In this document: piece by piece, positions 8,737 through 18,001 of the stretch
Numbering within the stretch: the first letter of the stretch is position 1
How the letters are laid out: every line of letters begins with the position of its first letter
Assembly: GCA_963790805.1 (NCBI GenBank)
Contig: CAWBPL010000002.1
Location: 192,696 to 256,695 of the forward strand
Direction: 5' to 3'
Origin: Candidatus Gottesmanbacteria bacterium
GTDB taxonomy: Bacteria; Patescibacteriota; Microgenomatia; UBA10105; UBA927
DNA length: 64,000 bases
Program-made: the position numbers and the translations under genes
Notes under the pieces: generated by a model
Databases searched by the model: none
Seen by the model: only the letters and a program-made list of their open reading frames with translations
Told to the model about the DNA's origin: nothing

Positions 8737-9402
8737 ATGCGTTTTATAAAAAAATACTGGTACTTTACCTTCATTACCTTCATAACAGTCGGATTAGGAA
8801 TTGTGACGTTTTTAACAAGTCAACAACTTACTAAAACCACGCCCGTAGCACCGAATGTACCGCAAATTACTCCAAAAGCTGCTGAGCAAGCCTGTACCCT
8901 TACATTTAATCTCATAACGCCAACCACCAGTCTTACGCCGACTTCCACGCCAACAAGCACGCCGACTTCCACGCCAACAAGCACGCCGACTTCCACGCCA
9001 ACAAATACGCCAACACCCACGCCTCTTGCAGGGTGCAATAACTCCTGTACGGTCAACGCTGACTGTTCAAATGGATTAGTGTGTGTCAGCAGTGTTTGCC
9101 GTAACTCCAGCTGTTCTGACCAGACGAACTGCACGTGCCAATCAAATACTCCCACACCCACGCCAACACCGGTCCTGTCGGGTTGTAACAATGTCTGCAC
9201 CTATAATACAGATTGTACGAGCGGACTTGCCTGCGTTGGAGGATTCTGTCGAAATCCTGTATGCTCAGATAAAACAAGCTGCGTGTGCCAAACCACAACG
9301 CCAACACCTCAGACACCGGTTACAGGAACAGGCCCCTCTGTTCTTGGGGCATCTGTCGTTAGTGGAGCATTTCTCTTAATTCTTCTCGGCCTCGCTTTAT
9401 AA
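8737..9402 (+). CDS. Cys-rich repeat surface protein with Pro/Thr linkers and a C-terminal PxTG plus TM anchor
   Basis: N-terminal TM, a (TSTP)n linker, and two 6-Cys modules GCNNxCTxNxDCxxGLxCVxxxCRNxxCSDxTxCxCQ. The tail is TPVTGTG plus a hydrophobic helix. Confidence 0.6.
   Translation: MRFIKKYWYFTFITFITVGLGIVTFLTSQQLTKTTPVAPNVPQITPKAAEQACTLTFNLITPTTSLTPTSTPTSTPTSTPTSTPTSTPTNTPTPTPLAGCNNSCTVNADCSNGLVCVSSVCRNSSCSDQTNCTCQSNTPTPTPTPVLSGCNNVCTYNTDCTSGLACVGGFCRNPVCSDKTSCVCQTTTPTPQTPVTGTGPSVLGASVVSGAFLLILLGLAL
8935..9006 (+). repeat. 24-bp in-frame tandem repeat, 3 copies, encoding the TPTSTPTS linker
   Basis: ACGCCGACTTCCACGCCAACAAGC occurs at 8935-8958 and 8959-8982 (both perfect) and at 8983-9006 (22/24). 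Confidence 0.9.
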
Positions 9403-9405
9403 ATT

Positions 9406-10437
9406 TTAATTTAATTCACCGGAAATATACGATTGCACGGTATCCCAATCGTCTTTCGGAACTAATACATAAAGTCCGTTATACAGCGAGGGCGAAGGTT
9501 CTATTAATTGAGACTCAAAAGAAATTTTTTTCACTTCGGATTGATTTGTTTTCAAAAACCGTTTTCCGACGGTTAATAACTCCCCAATATTCATATCCGT
9601 ATCCGTCGCATCATCTATAGCTTTTGGTAACAATGTTAACCTGTGAAACGTCACCCACCGCGTGGGATGCATAATAGTGTCCCTGAGAGCCAAAAGAATA
9701 TCTTGTTGACGGCGACTTCGGGCAAAATCACTTCCTTCTTCTCCATCCGCGTGCCTGCTTCTCACATAGATTAACGCACGATCCCCATCCATGTGTTGCC
9801 ATCCCGCATCAAAATGCACAGTCTCATAGACGCATGCGTTCGTAGGATCCCCAAGACACGTATCATGTTCTTTTCCCGGAACGGGGTATTGCGTATCGGT
9901 GAATGCCTTGCTCACGTTGACATCTATCCCCCCAAGTAAATCAATAATATTTTTAAATCCGGTAAAATCGATAACCAAACCATATTGAATAGGCATCCCG
10001 ACAACATCCTCAGCTATAACTTTCGCAAGAACCATGCCTCCGCCTTTTTCCTTGAGTTCTCCGTAATAATACGCACTATTCACTTTGTCTTTCAGGGTGT
10101 CCGACCAGACATCACGAGGGATAGAGATAAGTGATGTCACTTTCTTTACGTTATCAAGTGACAGCACTATCATCGTATCAGTCAAATCCGCGCCTTCATG
10201 GGTACCACCACCAATTCCGAGCAACAAAACGTTTGTACGATTATGTGAAGACTGCAGTGTGATTCCGTCATTCAATATCAATTGAACGACAAGCTCGGGG
10301 GTTATACCCGTTTCTTCCATAAACAGAATAGCTCTTGAAACACCAAAGACAATGCCGATGCAAATCACTACTGATAAACAAAGAATGAGGAATTTATACA
10401 GCTTCGGAATAACGCGTCGTTTAACCTTCGTATCCAT
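9406..10437 (-). CDS. LytR-CpsA-Psr (LCP) family cell-envelope phosphotransferase
   Basis: N-terminal TM, then NVLLLGIGGG...ADLTDTMIVLSLD...SLISIPRDVW. These are LCP core motifs. Confidence 0.85.
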   Translation of the reverse strand: MDTKVKRRVIPKLYKFLILCLSVVICIGIVFGVSRAILFMEETGITPELVVQLILNDGITLQSSHNRTNVLLLGIGGGTHEGADLTDTMIVLSLDNVKKVTSLISIPRDVWSDTLKDKVNSAYYYGELKEKGGGMVLAKVIAEDVVGMPIQYGLVIDFTGFKNIIDLLGGIDVNVSKAFTDTQYPVPGKEHDTCLGDPTNACVYETVHFDAGWQHMDGDRALIYVRSRHADGEEGSDFARSRRQQDILLALRDTIMHPTRWVTFHRLTLLPKAIDDATDTDMNIGELLTVGKRFLKTNQSEVKKISFESQLIEPSPSLYNGLYVLVPKDDWDTVQSYISGELN

Positions 10438-10467
10438 AACAAATCGACAAAACTACAACGTTTTCAG

Positions 10468-11154
10468 TTATCGTGTCGCAGCCAGAGCCGCATGAATAAG
10501 ATGGGAAAATTTTTGTGGATCCAAACTTGCCCCCCCAGGCAACACTCCATCAATAGCTTGTTGCGAAACGAACGAAGCCACATTATCGCCTGTCACGCTG
10601 CCACCGTACAAAACAGTAGACGCACCGGTGTTGTTTTTTATTGCAGTAACGACGCTATTCGCGTTTTCCGGCGAATCAGTCTTTCCAGTCCCTATAGCCC
10701 AAACCGGCTCATACGCCACAACTTCAACATTCGCGGGAACCGGTGTTTTGTCATCCTGTACACAAAATATTACCTTAAGACCCGAGGTGTGAGCTTTCTC
10801 CACCTTTGTTGCAAGATCGCTGTCACTCTCGCCAAAATATTTTCTTCGTTCCGAGTGTCCGATAACAACCCAGTCAGCCACCTCTTTTATCATTTTGGCG
10901 GTAACTTCTCCTGTATACGCGCCCTCATCAAATTTCGATACGTTTTGGGCCCCAAGCAAAAGAGGCACTTTACCCGCTTTCAAAGCATAATTCATAACGG
11001 AAAGAGAGGAAAATGGCACGCAAACGACGACGGGCGTATTTGATAAATCAGCTGTTACATCGCTCAGCATGCCCGCAATATCTTTAACCCACGCTTGGGA
11101 TTCTGCATTTGTTTTATTACTTTTCCAATTTCCTGCAATAAAGAGTTTTTTCAT
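10468..11154 (-). CDS. tpiA: Triosephosphate isomerase
   Basis: FIAGNWKSNKT, VIGHSERRKYFGE, AYEPVWAIGTGKT and YGGSV are all TIM signatures. Confidence 0.9.
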   Translation of the reverse strand: MKKLFIAGNWKSNKTNAESQAWVKDIAGMLSDVTADLSNTPVVVCVPFSSLSVMNYALKAGKVPLLLGAQNVSKFDEGAYTGEVTAKMIKEVADWVVIGHSERRKYFGESDSDLATKVEKAHTSGLKVIFCVQDDKTPVPANVEVVAYEPVWAIGTGKTDSPENANSVVTAIKNNTGASTVLYGGSVTGDNVASFVSQQAIDGVLPGGASLDPQKFSHLIHAALAATR

Positions 11155-11172
11155 ATGATAAGATTATACTCT

Positions 11173-13020
11173 ATGACAAAGAGCTTGCTCAACGACTTAA
11201 ACAAAAAACAACAGGAAGCAGTCATGTGCACTGAAGGACCGGTTCTTATTCTTGCCGGTGCCGGATCGGGAAAAACCAGAGTACTCACCTATCGAGTCGC
11301 ATATCTTATCAGCGAAAAACACGTTTCGCCGTTCCACATTCTTATGGTCACATTCACCAATAAGGCTGCAGATGAAATGGGCAAAAGGATCAGAAAACTA
11401 TTGGGCACCTCATACGACGTACCTTTTGCCGGTACATTTCACGCATTTTGCGTAAAAACTCTCCGAAAATACGGCTCTCATATCGGCGTTGCGCCTGGGT
11501 TTCTCATTTATGATGAGCAGGATCAGATGGACGCAATTAAGGATGTTATGAAAACGCTGGATTTATCTACGAAAAGCTTTAATCCGGGCGCTGTTGCCCA
11601 CACCATATCAGAAGCGAAAAACGAGCTTATTTCTGCCACCGAATATCCTCAATACGCCCGCGGATATTTTCAGGAAGCCGTTGCAAAAATATATCTTGCA
11701 TACCAGCAGTTGCTGAAAAATAATGAAGCGCTCGATTTTGATGACTTATTAGGTAAAACCGTTGAGTTATTTCAAAAAAATAAAGAGGTTTTAGGTAAAT
11801 ATCAGGAAACGTATCATTATATTCTCGTTGATGAGTATCAAGACACGAACAAGGCGCAATATTTACTGACAAAATTTTTGGCCAGCCGATATCACAATAT
11901 TTGTGTGGTCGGCGATGCATCACAAAGTATTTATCGCTGGCGGGGCGCTGATTTTCGCAACATTACGAATTTCAAACATGATTATCCCGATGCTCACGAA
12001 TTTCATCTCGAGCAAAACTACCGCTCAACACAAAATATTTTGGACGCGGCACACGGAGTGATATCGAAAAACACGTCGCACCCCATTCTAAAACTCTGGA
12101 CGGAACAGGCCAGCGGCGATCATATCACGCTCTATGAGGCACGTACCGAACACGATGAGGCAACATTTCTCGTGCAAACTATTCTTCAGGCTAATCGCCC
12201 GTTTCACGACTTTACCGTTCTTTATCGCACAAATGCCCAATCCCGCGTCATTGAAGAGGCTTTTTTACATGCTGGAATCCCATATCTACTTGTCGGAGGA
12301 ACTCGGTTCTATGAACGGAAAGAAATTAAAGATGTTCTTGCGTATCTTCGAATAATAGCCAACCGCAAAGATACTGTTTCTTATAAACGTATTGAAAAAC
12401 TGGGAAAAAATAGGATGGCAAAATTTATTGAATTCTCCGAGAACATACACAAAAACAATACCATGATAAATTTGACGACCCTCGAACTCCTTGACCAAAT
12501 ACTGGCTATCACTCAGTATCTGGAATTATATGATGCCAATGTCGAAGAAGAAGCATACCGGCTGGAAAATATCAAAGAATTACGATCGGTCGCAACGGAG
12601 TTTCCTGTTCTTTCCGAATTTTTGGAAACGGTCGCACTCGTTGAACAGGAATATGAACCGGTTGCAGTAAAACTGCGCGAAGCCAACCGCGATGCTGTCA
12701 CGCTTATGACACTTCACGCGGCAAAAGGTTTGGAATTTCCCGTTGTCTTTATGATTGGCATGGAGGAAGGGTTATTTCCTCATAGCCGTACGCTTATGGA
12801 TCGCGAGGAACTGGAAGAAGAACGGCGGCTTTGTTATGTAGGCCTCACCCGCGCAAAAGAAAAATTGTATTTAACCTATGCAAACCGCCGATTATTTTTT
12901 GGTACGAGAACACAAAACATGATCTCGCGATTTATCGCGGATATTCCAGCCCACGTATTAGACCTCAACGTATCGCTGAATGCCGATCGCGGCTTCAGTG
13001 AAGACGACATGCTGCTATAA
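11173..13020 (+). CDS. UvrD/PcrA-type superfamily 1A DNA helicase
   Basis: Start trimmed to MTKSLLNDLNKKQQEAV. Walker A is AGAGSGKTRVL, followed by DEYQDTN, YRWRGA, NYRST and the C-terminal LMTLHAAKGLEFPVVF...RRLCYVGLTRAK. Confidence 0.85.
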   Translation: MTKSLLNDLNKKQQEAVMCTEGPVLILAGAGSGKTRVLTYRVAYLISEKHVSPFHILMVTFTNKAADEMGKRIRKLLGTSYDVPFAGTFHAFCVKTLRKYGSHIGVAPGFLIYDEQDQMDAIKDVMKTLDLSTKSFNPGAVAHTISEAKNELISATEYPQYARGYFQEAVAKIYLAYQQLLKNNEALDFDDLLGKTVELFQKNKEVLGKYQETYHYILVDEYQDTNKAQYLLTKFLASRYHNICVVGDASQSIYRWRGADFRNITNFKHDYPDAHEFHLEQNYRSTQNILDAAHGVISKNTSHPILKLWTEQASGDHITLYEARTEHDEATFLVQTILQANRPFHDFTVLYRTNAQSRVIEEAFLHAGIPYLLVGGTRFYERKEIKDVLAYLRIIANRKDTVSYKRIEKLGKNRMAKFIEFSENIHKNNTMINLTTLELLDQILAITQYLELYDANVEEEAYRLENIKELRSVATEFPVLSEFLETVALVEQEYEPVAVKLREANRDAVTLMTLHAAKGLEFPVVFMIGMEEGLFPHSRTLMDREELEEERRLCYVGLTRAKEKLYLTYANRRLFFGTRTQNMISRFIADIPAHVLDLNVSLNADRGFSEDDMLL

Positions 13021-13032
13021 CGTACCTTTTTT

Positions 13033-14238
13033 TTATTCCCCCAAGAGTACTTTATTGACAACGTAATCCAGCTGGGCGATTTTTACGGCTGTCTCGTTTA
13101 CCTTATCGTAATTTATTTTTGCATTGTTTATCGCTTTCATATTATAACTTTCTAAAGCGGCAACAACTGCAGATTGTTTATGACAAATCTCCGCATGAAG
13201 CGTATCAAGCTTTGCGTTTCTTGCCAGTTCATCCGCTTTCTTTTCTGCCAATCTGTAACTTTCCACATTGTGCCTAATAAACTCCTTGCGTATGGCAATT
13301 GCATTCTTCTTTCCAGGTGCCGTATCGGTACGCAGGACGTGATTATCAAACTCTATGTGTCCGTTCCACCCGAGTTTCTGTAACATCCAGAACACACCAA
13401 TGATTTCTTTCACGCCGTCCATACCGGTCATGGTGGGATTGTCATTATCAAACTGTCCTGGTTTCTGATTTCCTAAGTGCATAAAAGGCAACTTTTTTGC
13501 ATGCACCGCCATCGCAATTGCGTTAATTGCAGACAAATTCGTCATTCCTTCGTGTTGCAATATTTCTGGGTTTACTCCCCAAAAATCAGGATCTTCCAAA
13601 CGGCTGATAAGCGCAAGCGCATGGCCGGTGGTAGCCAAAAACATTTCACCCCGCGGCTCATTGGGCTTACTTTCAATCGTACCGCCTTTAATGGAAAAAT
13701 TATTTTCCTTAATATACCGCGTTGCCAGATTAAGGCCTTGCTCAATATATGTGTAGCATTTTTCCCACGGTATTGCGAACTGACACTCGAACCCGTCACG
13801 CGCCACCCAATAAGTAAGATATTCCGCACCGAAAAAATTACCGATGCGAATGGTCCGCATAACTTTTTGTGCAGCTAAGGCTCTTATTTCCGGATCGGGA
13901 TTAGTAAGTCCCCCGTTTCTGAAAACCGAATTCCCGTGCAAACTGCAGGTTATCATTTTCATACGAAGACCCGCAGCATCCATCTTTTTTTTGATTGTAT
14001 GGATGGTCTTATATGTCACGCTATTTTTATTCTGGTCATCGCTCGGGTTTGCAGGATCCCAACTGACGAGATCATCGTCATGCGCTGATGTAAAATCAAT
14101 AAGTCCTTTTGATTTTGCATCACACAAAATATCGACAATTTCTACTGAAGTCAGCTTATCCATGACGGGACCGCCAAACGGATCGCCTACAGGATTGCCT
14201 ACGCACCAAAAGGGCATAGAAAGTTTTCGTTTTATCAT
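13033..14238 (-). CDS. xylA: Xylose isomerase
   Basis: Start trimmed to the ATG at 14238 behind AAAGGAGAG. Motifs FWCVGNPVGDPFG, FTSAHDDDLV and IESKPNEPRGEMFL are xylose-isomerase-type. A xylulokinase gene lies upstream. Confidence 0.85.
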   Translation of the reverse strand: MIKRKLSMPFWCVGNPVGDPFGGPVMDKLTSVEIVDILCDAKSKGLIDFTSAHDDDLVSWDPANPSDDQNKNSVTYKTIHTIKKKMDAAGLRMKMITCSLHGNSVFRNGGLTNPDPEIRALAAQKVMRTIRIGNFFGAEYLTYWVARDGFECQFAIPWEKCYTYIEQGLNLATRYIKENNFSIKGGTIESKPNEPRGEMFLATTGHALALISRLEDPDFWGVNPEILQHEGMTNLSAINAIAMAVHAKKLPFMHLGNQKPGQFDNDNPTMTGMDGVKEIIGVFWMLQKLGWNGHIEFDNHVLRTDTAPGKKNAIAIRKEFIRHNVESYRLAEKKADELARNAKLDTLHAEICHKQSAVVAALESYNMKAINNAKINYDKVNETAVKIAQLDYVVNKVLLGE

Positions 14239-14263
14239 ATACTCTCCTTTCAATTTTTTTATA

Positions 14264-15769
14264 TTATATATATTTGTGCAAATAATTTTCCCATCGCTTA
14301 TACGCATCCTGATACGCCTGTTGTTCTAAAGGATTTGGTTTGATTGTTTTTATAATTTTCAAATTTTTAAATGCTTCGTGAGCAGAGGGATATATTCCTG
14401 CTCCGATACCTGCACCCCGTGCTGCGCCTTGAGCTCCGTCAGTATTGTAGAGGTGAATCACTGAATTTGTAAGAGTTGAAAATGCGTTGGCAAACAGCGG
14501 ACTTAAAAACATATTGGCGTAACCGGTTTTAATAACCTTTATAGAAAGCCCCATTTCTTTCATAACCTGCAATCCGTAATTCATAGCAAAGACAACGCCT
14601 TCTTGAATTGCTCTGGCGATATGTCTTCTGGTATGAATTGTTAAATTAAGCCCATGAATGGATGCACCGATGTTCTTATTTTCCAGCGTCCGTTCGGCAC
14701 CGTTGCCAAAAGGCAAAATACATAAGCCTTCAGAACCGATCGGCGCAAGGGCGGCCATATGATTCATTTCGTCGTAACTTAAACCCTCTTTACTAATCGT
14801 AAACAGCTTATGTTTTGACCATGAATTGAGAATTCCGGCCCCGTTTAAACAAAGAAGCGTTCCATACCGAGGGTGTTTTTTCGTATGATTTACATGGACA
14901 AATACGTTCACGCGAGATTTTTTATCCGACAGTGGTTTATCTCCAACGCCATATACAACGCCCGAAGTGCCTGTCGTTGCCGCAATCTCTCCCGGATTAA
15001 GAACACTCAGGGAAAGCGCATTATTCGGCTGATCGCCGGCGCGATACGAAACCGGCACTCCCACCGGCAAACCTGTTAACTCTGCTGCTTCTTTTGTGAG
15101 ATGTCCTTGTATAGAAAATACAGGAACAATTTCCGGAATAAAACGTTTTGGGATACCATAATAGTCAAGCACTATGTCTGCGATATCATCTTTTTGGTAA
15201 TCCCAAAGAATTCCCTCTGAAAGCCCTGTTGTGGTAGTTTTGAGTTCTCCCGTAAACTTATATGCAATATAGTCACCCGGAAGCATCATCTTATATACTT
15301 TTTTGTAAACGTCGGGCAAATTCTGTTTTACCCATGCAAGCTTTGAGGCGGTGAAATTGCCGGGTGAATTTAACAAATGAGTAAGGCATTTTTTCTCACC
15401 AATTTTTTTAAATGCCCTATCACCCAATTCTACGGCCCTGCTATCGCACCAGATGATAGACGGATACAAAACATTCATATGTTTATCAACGAGAACTAAT
15501 CCGTGCATCTGATAGGTAATCCCTATGGCCTTAACATCTTTTAGTTTATTTCCAACCTGAATTTTAATTTTTAACGTTGCCTGAACGATATGCTTCCACC
15601 ACATGTCAGGATGTTGCTGGGCCCAGCCGGACTTCGGGGAATCAATCGCAAGTTCGGTATCGGTGGAGGCGGCTTTTGCAATACATTCACCTGTCCCAAT
15701 ATCAATAAGCGATGCTTTGATAAATGAACTGCCTAAATCGTATCCGAGTAAATATCCGCCTGTTGACAT
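14264..15769 (-). CDS. xylB: Xylulokinase (FGGY carbohydrate kinase)
   Basis: Start trimmed to MSTGGYLLGYDLGSSFIKASL, the FGGY N-terminal motif. GTSGVVYGV and GGAQGAARGAGIG C-terminal motifs are present. It is adjacent to xylA. Confidence 0.8.
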   Translation of the reverse strand: MSTGGYLLGYDLGSSFIKASLIDIGTGECIAKAASTDTELAIDSPKSGWAQQHPDMWWKHIVQATLKIKIQVGNKLKDVKAIGITYQMHGLVLVDKHMNVLYPSIIWCDSRAVELGDRAFKKIGEKKCLTHLLNSPGNFTASKLAWVKQNLPDVYKKVYKMMLPGDYIAYKFTGELKTTTTGLSEGILWDYQKDDIADIVLDYYGIPKRFIPEIVPVFSIQGHLTKEAAELTGLPVGVPVSYRAGDQPNNALSLSVLNPGEIAATTGTSGVVYGVGDKPLSDKKSRVNVFVHVNHTKKHPRYGTLLCLNGAGILNSWSKHKLFTISKEGLSYDEMNHMAALAPIGSEGLCILPFGNGAERTLENKNIGASIHGLNLTIHTRRHIARAIQEGVVFAMNYGLQVMKEMGLSIKVIKTGYANMFLSPLFANAFSTLTNSVIHLYNTDGAQGAARGAGIGAGIYPSAHEAFKNLKIIKTIKPNPLEQQAYQDAYKRWENYLHKYI

Positions 15770-16143
15770 ACTCTTTGGGTCACATTGTACCGCTTTTTTG
15801 CAAATATGCAAAAGGGCAGATAATCTTTATTATAAAATAAAGTGAAAAAGTACCAGAATAAGAGATGCAACAACCATAAATACCGACAGCGACATTTCAA
15901 CTATGAGGAAAATTCGCGCTATTCCTTTGACATGGGAAAATGAAAAAAAGGGAAAAAGCCTGCTGTCTATCGGCAACCAACTAATCGCTTCGGCATGGTG
16001 AGAATGATGAGTAACTGTTACTCGTCTTTTTTTCATCAGTCTCATTGTATCATAGGCACAAAAGAGAGATACATCATTACCGCCAAATCAATTAAAATAA
16101 ATTAACACCCGTAGCAAATTTCGCTGCGAAGGGTATAATAAAT

Positions 16144-17163
16144 ATGATGAAGACCGATAGGACAATCCGATTAGTAAACGAAACCGACAAAACCCAGTGG
16201 GACAAAGTCGTACAGCATCCATTACAAACATGGGAATGGGGAGAATTTCGAAAAGCTATGGGCGTTGACGTTATGCGCCTTGGAGTATTTGAACATAATA
16301 ATCTTATTGAAGGGTGGCAAATTTCTTTTCATAAAGTTCCCCTTTCCCCGTACTACATAGGGTATTTCCCTAAAGGACCAATGCCCACCCAAGAAATGCT
16401 CGGAGAGTTAAAAAAACTCGGAATGAAAAAACGAGCGATATATATTCAGTTAGAACCTGATGTATCCGCCGAAGAATCATTTGCTACGGATATAGGAAAA
16501 TTGCTTCGCAAATCCCATCGGCCATTATTTACGAAATACACGTTTGTCCTTGACCTGTCAAAATCTGAAGATGAGCTTCTGAAAGCGATGCATCCAAAAA
16601 CCAGATACAACATCAGGGTCGCCGAACGTCACGGTGTCACCGTTGCGGAAGATAATTCCGACAAGGCATTTTCCTCTTATCTTCAACTCTCGGAGGAAAC
16701 CACACGCCGCCAGGGATTTTACGCTCATAATGTAACGTATCATAAAACCATGTGGAAAATTCTCCATAAAAGCGGTATTGCCCGGCTGTTCACGGCAATG
16801 TATCAAAATAAAATTCTTAGTGCATGGATACTTTTTTTCTGGAAAGACATGGTATACTATCCGTACGGCGCATCCTCACGAGATCATCGGGAAGTCATGG
16901 CGCCGAATTTACTCCTTTGGAAAATAGCCCAGCTGGCAAAAAAAGAGGGATATTATTATTTTGATCTCTGGGGTGCAATGGGTCTTCATCCTGACACCCG
17001 CGATCCGTGGTATGGATTTCATCGATTTAAAGAAGGATATAATCCGACACTCGTTGAATTTGCCGGTTCGTACGATCTTATCATTCACCCTGTCCAATAT
17101 ACTTTTTTTGCGCTTGCAGATTCTCTCCGGTGGAAATTCCTCAAAGCAAAAACTCATCTCTAA
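16144..17163 (+). CDS. FemAB-family peptidoglycan interpeptide-bridge aminoacyltransferase
   Basis: QTWEWGEFRKAMG..., KTRYNIRVAERHGV and YYFDLWGA...GFHRFKEGY are FemX/MurM-like. A TATAAT at 16134-16139 lies just upstream. Confidence 0.75.
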   Translation: MMKTDRTIRLVNETDKTQWDKVVQHPLQTWEWGEFRKAMGVDVMRLGVFEHNNLIEGWQISFHKVPLSPYYIGYFPKGPMPTQEMLGELKKLGMKKRAIYIQLEPDVSAEESFATDIGKLLRKSHRPLFTKYTFVLDLSKSEDELLKAMHPKTRYNIRVAERHGVTVAEDNSDKAFSSYLQLSEETTRRQGFYAHNVTYHKTMWKILHKSGIARLFTAMYQNKILSAWILFFWKDMVYYPYGASSRDHREVMAPNLLLWKIAQLAKKEGYYYFDLWGAMGLHPDTRDPWYGFHRFKEGYNPTLVEFAGSYDLIIHPVQYTFFALADSLRWKFLKAKTHL

Positions 17164-17165
17164 TT

Positions 17166-17996
17166 ATGGAGCCTCAACAGTCAACACTTTATGCAAAATA
17201 CATGATGGCGCTTAAGTGGACAGTTATAGAAATCGACGGCATTCATATTTTTCTGAAACGGTTTCCGCTCTTTGGGGGAATTGCTAAAATCCATAGACCA
17301 CAAAAACTGCCGAATGCGCAAAAGCTTATCCCCATACTTCAGTCTCATAAGATAAAAACGCTTGTTATCGAGCCGATAGCCACTCAAAATCAACAGGAGC
17401 TCAATCAGTGGTGCCTGTCGCTTGCCAGATATGTCAAAGTGAATACCGCCCCCTATCTGCCCACCAAAACTATACGAATTGATGTAACTCCAAAAGAAGA
17501 TGAAATTTTCCATTCGTTTTCTGAAGCAAAACGCCGCGCCGTGCGTCGAGCAACAAAGCTCAACGTATCGATTAAACAATCGACATCTATTGATGATCTT
17601 ATACGAATTAAAAATAAATCTTCAGGGTTATTTGGATTCATTACCACAACAGGCATTAAAAAGCTCTGGCCAATTTTTGCTCCCCAACACTCAGCAATTT
17701 TATTAGCATACAGCGGTGATGAGCTTATTGGAGGGGTCCTTCTCTTATTTTGGGATACAATTGCTTATTATTGGATAGCAGGTGCTACCAAGAAAGGAAA
17801 AAAACTCTATGCCCCAACGCTTCTTGTTTGGGAGGCGCTCAAACTTTCTAAAAAGCACGGTGCAAAACTATTTGACCTCGTCGGCGTCTGGGATGAACGA
17901 ATTCCCAAGCAGAACACAGACTGGAAAGGATTCACCAAATTCAAAGAAGGCTTCGGAGGGAAAACCCTCTATTATCCGCTTGTTTTGAATAAATAG
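17166..17996 (+). CDS. Second, divergent FemAB-family protein
   Basis: Start trimmed to MEPQQSTLYAKYM. AKRRAVRRATKLNV and LFDLVGVWDE...WKGFTKFKEGFGG parallel the upstream paralog. Confidence 0.6.
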   Translation: MEPQQSTLYAKYMMALKWTVIEIDGIHIFLKRFPLFGGIAKIHRPQKLPNAQKLIPILQSHKIKTLVIEPIATQNQQELNQWCLSLARYVKVNTAPYLPTKTIRIDVTPKEDEIFHSFSEAKRRAVRRATKLNVSIKQSTSIDDLIRIKNKSSGLFGFITTTGIKKLWPIFAPQHSAILLAYSGDELIGGVLLLFWDTIAYYWIAGATKKGKKLYAPTLLVWEALKLSKKHGAKLFDLVGVWDERIPKQNTDWKGFTKFKEGFGGKTLYYPLVLNK

Positions 17997-18001
17997 TACG
18001 C

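Noticed and set aside
8935-9006. The 24-bp tandem repeat as a possible CRISPR or mini-array.
   Set aside because: The repeats are contiguous with no spacers, they are in frame inside a CDS, and they encode a TPTS linker.
8820-9200. A 126-aa minus-strand ORF rich in GVGV repeats.
   Set aside because: It is the reverse complement of the Pro/Thr linker repeats of CDS 8737-9402, so it is an artefact of repeat symmetry.
13844-14329. A 161-aa plus-strand ORF.
   Set aside because: It is entirely antisense to xylA, which has unmistakable xylose-isomerase motifs.
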